From Pseudolabrys sp. (GTDB taxonomy: Bacteria > Pseudomonadota > Alphaproteobacteria > Rhizobiales > Xanthobacteraceae): a stretch of 52,546 nt of DNA. Location of the stretch: the NCBI GenBank assembly GCA_035638295.1, contig DASRAF010000489.1, positions 1-52,546 on the forward strand, read 5' to 3'. The translations under genes and the position numbers were made by a program. Below, piece after piece: positions 51,007-52,546 of this stretch. The notes under the pieces were generated by a model that searched no databases, was not told the DNA's origin, and saw only the letters and a program-made list of their open reading frames with translations. Each line of letters opens with the position of its first letter. Position 1 is the stretch's first letter.

Positions 51007-51488
51007 TCATCCCTTTGCCGGGAAGATCATGCACGTCGTGGTGGCGTGCGCATAAAGCGTTCCCGCGCGATCCTTCAGACCGCCTTCTGACGTCGCGACC
51101 GTGCGTCCGCGACGCACGACGCGACCTTCCGCGCGCACGGGCCCGGTATCCTTCGTCAGTGGACGCACTAGGTTGAACTGCAGTTCGAGCGTGGTCCACC
51201 CATCGCCTTTTTCGATCGTGGAAAAGATTGCGCAGCCAAGCGCTGAATCAAGCATAGTTGCCGCGAACCCGCCGTGCACGGTCCCGATCGGATTGTAGTG
51301 ATGGAATTCCGGCAGGCCCTCGAACACGGCGCGGCCTTGCTCGACCTTGGTCAGATGGAAGCCCAGCAACTCACTGATCGGCGGGTTTGGTACCGTTCCG
51401 TCGATGATTGCCTTCAGAAATCCAAGGCCATCGTAGGATTTGAGCACCTCGGCGTTACCACGCCGTAGCTCTTTACGCGCTTATCCAT
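51007..51488 (-). CDS. PaaI family thioesterase; apparent 1-nt frameshift near 51450 (intact ORF from GTG 51447)
   Basis: NPIGTVHGG...MLDSA.GCA hot-dog motif; RBS and ATG 51488 are out of frame with the body. Confidence 0.85.
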
Positions 51489-51597
51489 ATCGCTCCCTCG
51501 GCATTACGCCGATGATATCGCGTTCCGCTGCGCGGGGAACAGCATGCGCTGGTAGAGCCAGCCAATGCATACCGGCACTGCGCCGAGAAGGCTTTCG

Positions 51598-52104
51598 TCA
51601 AGCAATATCGAGACGGAAGGGATGACCTTCGGTGGCCGGGTCACCGTTACCAATCGCATCGATCGCCCTGGTCATGCGACCATCCCGTTTGAGAAGCCGG
51701 TCCGCAATCGAAACGATACGAGCATTCGGCTGCGCCGTGCGCGAGGCCCGACGGATATCCCAGGCAATCTGCATTTCATCACGCTCGGGATTGAGGGCGC
51801 AGGCGGCCACATAGGCTCCCGCAGTCGAGCGGCTGATACCGGCAAAGCAATGGATCACCATCGGTGCTTTGCGATCCCATGCGGTGACAAAATCGACGAG
51901 CCGTTGCACGTGCTCATGAGCCGGCGCCGTGTAGCCATCCATTGGAGCGGTGATGTCGTCAACCGCAAGTACAAGATGATTTTCCGGCGCGATATGTGTC
52001 GGCCGCTGCACCCGGTCGACCAGTCGCAGCAGGGTGACAATGTGGCGCGCTCCGGTCTCATCGACCGTGGCGTACAGGCGTGACAGGGCACAGACATGAA
52101 TCAT
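51598..52104 (-). CDS. Protein-tyrosine phosphatase-like protein
   Basis: HCFAGISRS (CX5R), DDI, QPNARIV. Confidence 0.9.
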   Translation of the reverse strand: MIHVCALSRLYATVDETGARHIVTLLRLVDRVQRPTHIAPENHLVLAVDDITAPMDGYTAPAHEHVQRLVDFVTAWDRKAPMVIHCFAGISRSTAGAYVAACALNPERDEMQIAWDIRRASRTAQPNARIVSIADRLLKRDGRMTRAIDAIGNGDPATEGHPFRLDIA

Positions 52105-52164
52105 GAGAGGAACAAGCTCGATTCGCACAACATATTTATGACCTGGAGGTCCGGATGAAAAGCC

Positions 52165-52546
52165 TCAGTCGCGCAGAAGTTTTTCAAAACGCTCGCGAAA
52201 GCGCGCCTGCGCGGTTTCTGCCGGCCACGGGCTGAGGTAGTCGCGTTCGAGTGTCGCCGAGAACTTCGGCGGGGGCCCGAAGAACTTTCGCGCCTCGTCA
52301 TCGGCGAAGCCTGCGAGACGCGTCGCCTCCAGGTAAGCCGCGCTGCGGTCGGCAGCCTTGATCAGGTTTTGCAACGTCTCAGGCAACTTCGCCGGAAGAC
52401 CAAAGCGTAAATGAATCGCGGCCAAGAGTCGTTTCTCCACAGCCTTGTAGCTGTCGCCGATCACCGCCTTGAATGGTGAGATCATGTCGCCGATGACATA
52501 TTCAGGGGCGTCGTGCAGCAAAACCGCGAGGCGTCCGTAGCGGTCG
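52165..52546 (-). CDS. HD family hydrolase (YfbR-like), 3' part; runs off window end
   Basis: LLHDAPEYVIGDMISPFK, IKAAD..AAYLEA. Confidence 0.9.
   Translation of the reverse strand, partial: DRYGRLAVLLHDAPEYVIGDMISPFKAVIGDSYKAVEKRLLAAIHLRFGLPAKLPETLQNLIKAADRSAAYLEATRLAGFADDEARKFFGPPPKFSATLERDYLSPWPAETAQARFRERFEKLLRD

Overview
GC-rich, mostly core-genome segment with the gene content and regulatory motifs of an alphaproteobacterium, most likely Hyphomicrobiales (Xanthobacteraceae/Nitrobacteraceae-like; inference). It runs from the 3' end of petA through petBC, mtnP, apt, htpX/lemA, smc, dsbA, mutY, ccrM, moaB, rnhB, cydAB, ETF-QO, ispE/ispB, glyQS and ppdK to a partial HD hydrolase. I saw no tRNA, rRNA, CRISPR array, transposase, integrase or phage gene, and no large novel multi-gene system that I can support. 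The best leads lie between the annotated ORFs: (1) an unannotated sRNA candidate downstream of smc, with a C6-UUA-C6 loop, its own terminator and an EcfG-type promoter; (2) a MetE-like/TctC/cupin cassette between mtnP and apt; (3) two apparent deletion scars (lemA-DUF2207-like between glyQ and glyS; a PAS/chemoreceptor remnant after ppdK); (4) point lesions (TGA in a Tat signal peptide, a frameshift at the start of a PaaI gene); (5) small proteins with sigma54- or EcfG-type promoters; (6) LexA, CcrM (GANTC), CtrA-like and MarR-type sites. All family assignments come from reading motifs; no searches were run.
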